This document shows, piece by piece, positions 63,140 through 64,000 of a stretch of DNA of 64,000 nucleotides. Positions within the stretch are counted from its first letter, which is position 1, and each line of letters begins with the position of its first letter. The stretch comes from an uncultured Gammaproteobacteria bacterium (lineage in GTDB: Bacteria > Pseudomonadota > Gammaproteobacteria > UBA4575), in the NCBI GenBank assembly GCA_905479295.1, contig CAJQLY010000017.1, positions 12,380 through 76,379 on the forward strand, in the 5' to 3' direction. The notes under the pieces were generated by a model that saw only the letters and a program-made list of their open reading frames with translations, had not been told where the DNA came from and ran no database searches. The position numbers were made by a program, and so were the translations under genes.

Positions 63140-64000
63140 ATGGAAAAATTTCTCATTAACGGTGGTGTAGTGTTGCGCGGCTCTGTTCGGGCTTCGGGTT
63201 CCAAGAATGCGGTATTACCGATTCTTGCGGCCACCTTGCTCGCTGACAGTCCGATGATAGTGCGCAATGTGCCTGATTTGCGTGATGTCAAAACGACGGT
63301 GCAGTTACTGTCAGAAATGGGCGTCAAGCTAGAACATGACGCCAGTGGTGTGATTCAAGTCGACAGCAGTCAGATTACAGAATTTACAGCGCCATATGAT
63401 CTGGTTAAAACCATGCGCGCCTCAATACTCGTACTCGGTCCTTTATTAGCACGCTTTGGTCAGGCAGCGGTGTCACTGCCTGGTGGCTGTGCAATTGGTA
63501 CTCGGCCTGTTGATCTACATATTAAGGGCTTACGTGCATTGGGTGCAGAGGTGGAAGTTGAAGGGGGCTATATTCGTGCACAGGCTAAGCGTTTGAAAGG
63601 CGCACATATTGTACTCGAGACAGTAACCGTTACGGGCACTGAAAATCTATTGATGGCTGCCGTTCTAGCTGAGGGCACCAGTGTGATTGAAAATGCTGCA
63701 AGAGAGCCCGAGGTAAGCGATCTGGCTCACTGCTTAGTCGCTATGGGAGCTCAGATTGAAGGTATTGGTAGTGATACCCTAACTATTCAAGGTGTGGATA
63801 GTCTAGCCGGCTGTGATTATTCGGTGTTATCGGATCGTATCGAAACTGGAACTTATTTATTGGCAGCAGCGATTACTGGAGGCTGCGTTAAAGTCACTGA
63901 TACCCAACCAAATTTGTTAGAGAGCGTGCTTTTAAAACTAGAGCAGGCAGGCGCAGTAGTCGAGTCAGGTGATGATTGGGTGCAAGTGGATATGCAGGAG
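63140..64000 (+). CDS. murA: UDP-N-acetylglucosamine 1-carboxyvinyltransferase, 5' partial (runs off the window)
   Basis: Not in the ORF track because there is no stop in the window. My own translation from ATG 63140: [50 protein letters not shown]... Confidence 0.92.
   Translation, partial: MEKFLINGGVVLRGSVRASGSKNAVLPILAATLLADSPMIVRNVPDLRDVKTTVQLLSEMGVKLEHDASGVIQVDSSQITEFTAPYDLVKTMRASILVLGPLLARFGQAAVSLPGGCAIGTRPVDLHIKGLRALGAEVEVEGGYIRAQAKRLKGAHIVLETVTVTGTENLLMAAVLAEGTSVIENAAREPEVSDLAHCLVAMGAQIEGIGSDTLTIQGVDSLAGCDYSVLSDRIETGTYLLAAAITGGCVKVTDTQPNLLESVLLKLEQAGAVVESGDDWVQVDMQE

Overview
The window looks like chromosome from a moderately AT-rich gammaproteobacterial sulfur oxidiser. This is inferred only from gene content and synteny; no search was run. 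Main content, in order: (1) An ABC exporter translationally coupled to a stand-alone S24 peptidase domain, two unlisted small membrane ORFs, and a SOUL heme-binding gene. (2) A minus-strand cassette back-to-back with dsrA: a TauD-family dioxygenase, a 63-aa ORF, an orphan Cas6/Cmx6-like RAMP protein, a DsrC paralogue lacking both cysteines, a 67-aa ORF with a terminator, and a sensor-less histidine-kinase core. (3) A complete oxidative-type dsr operon, dsrABEFHCMKLJOP (7632-18648), ending in a perfect hairpin terminator. (4) A 3.7-kb opposite-strand block (DJ-1-like, icd-like, rimO) that separates dsrP from dsrN-dsrR. The DJ-1-like gene is flanked by 27-bp palindromic repeats and by a duplicated terminator plus icd 3' end, which looks like an integration scar. 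(5) dsrN-dsrR followed by a NarX/NarL-type two-component pair and a rhodanese. (6) An accessory-looking stretch (26.8-35.4 kb) with three poorly characterised operons, including two more Fe(II)/2OG oxygenases. (7) A tightly packed MoxR AAA+ / VWA / unknown / cysG operon, then bcp. (8) A cobalamin riboswitch controlling btuB, a PduO-type adenosyltransferase, a ROK kinase and a DUF6580-like membrane protein. (9) Housekeeping genes: nth, metG, apbC, dcd, mgtE, a regulatory PTS with hprK, hpf, rpoN, lptBA, kdsCD, mlaC and murA (partial). I saw no rRNA, tRNA, transposase, integrase or CRISPR array. The best candidate for an undescribed system is the Cas6-like / Cys-less DsrC / TauD cassette next to dsrA. 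The second is the MoxR-VWA-unknown module fused to cysG. Family assignments rest on motifs read by eye and on recalled family features, so they need HMM or structure confirmation.
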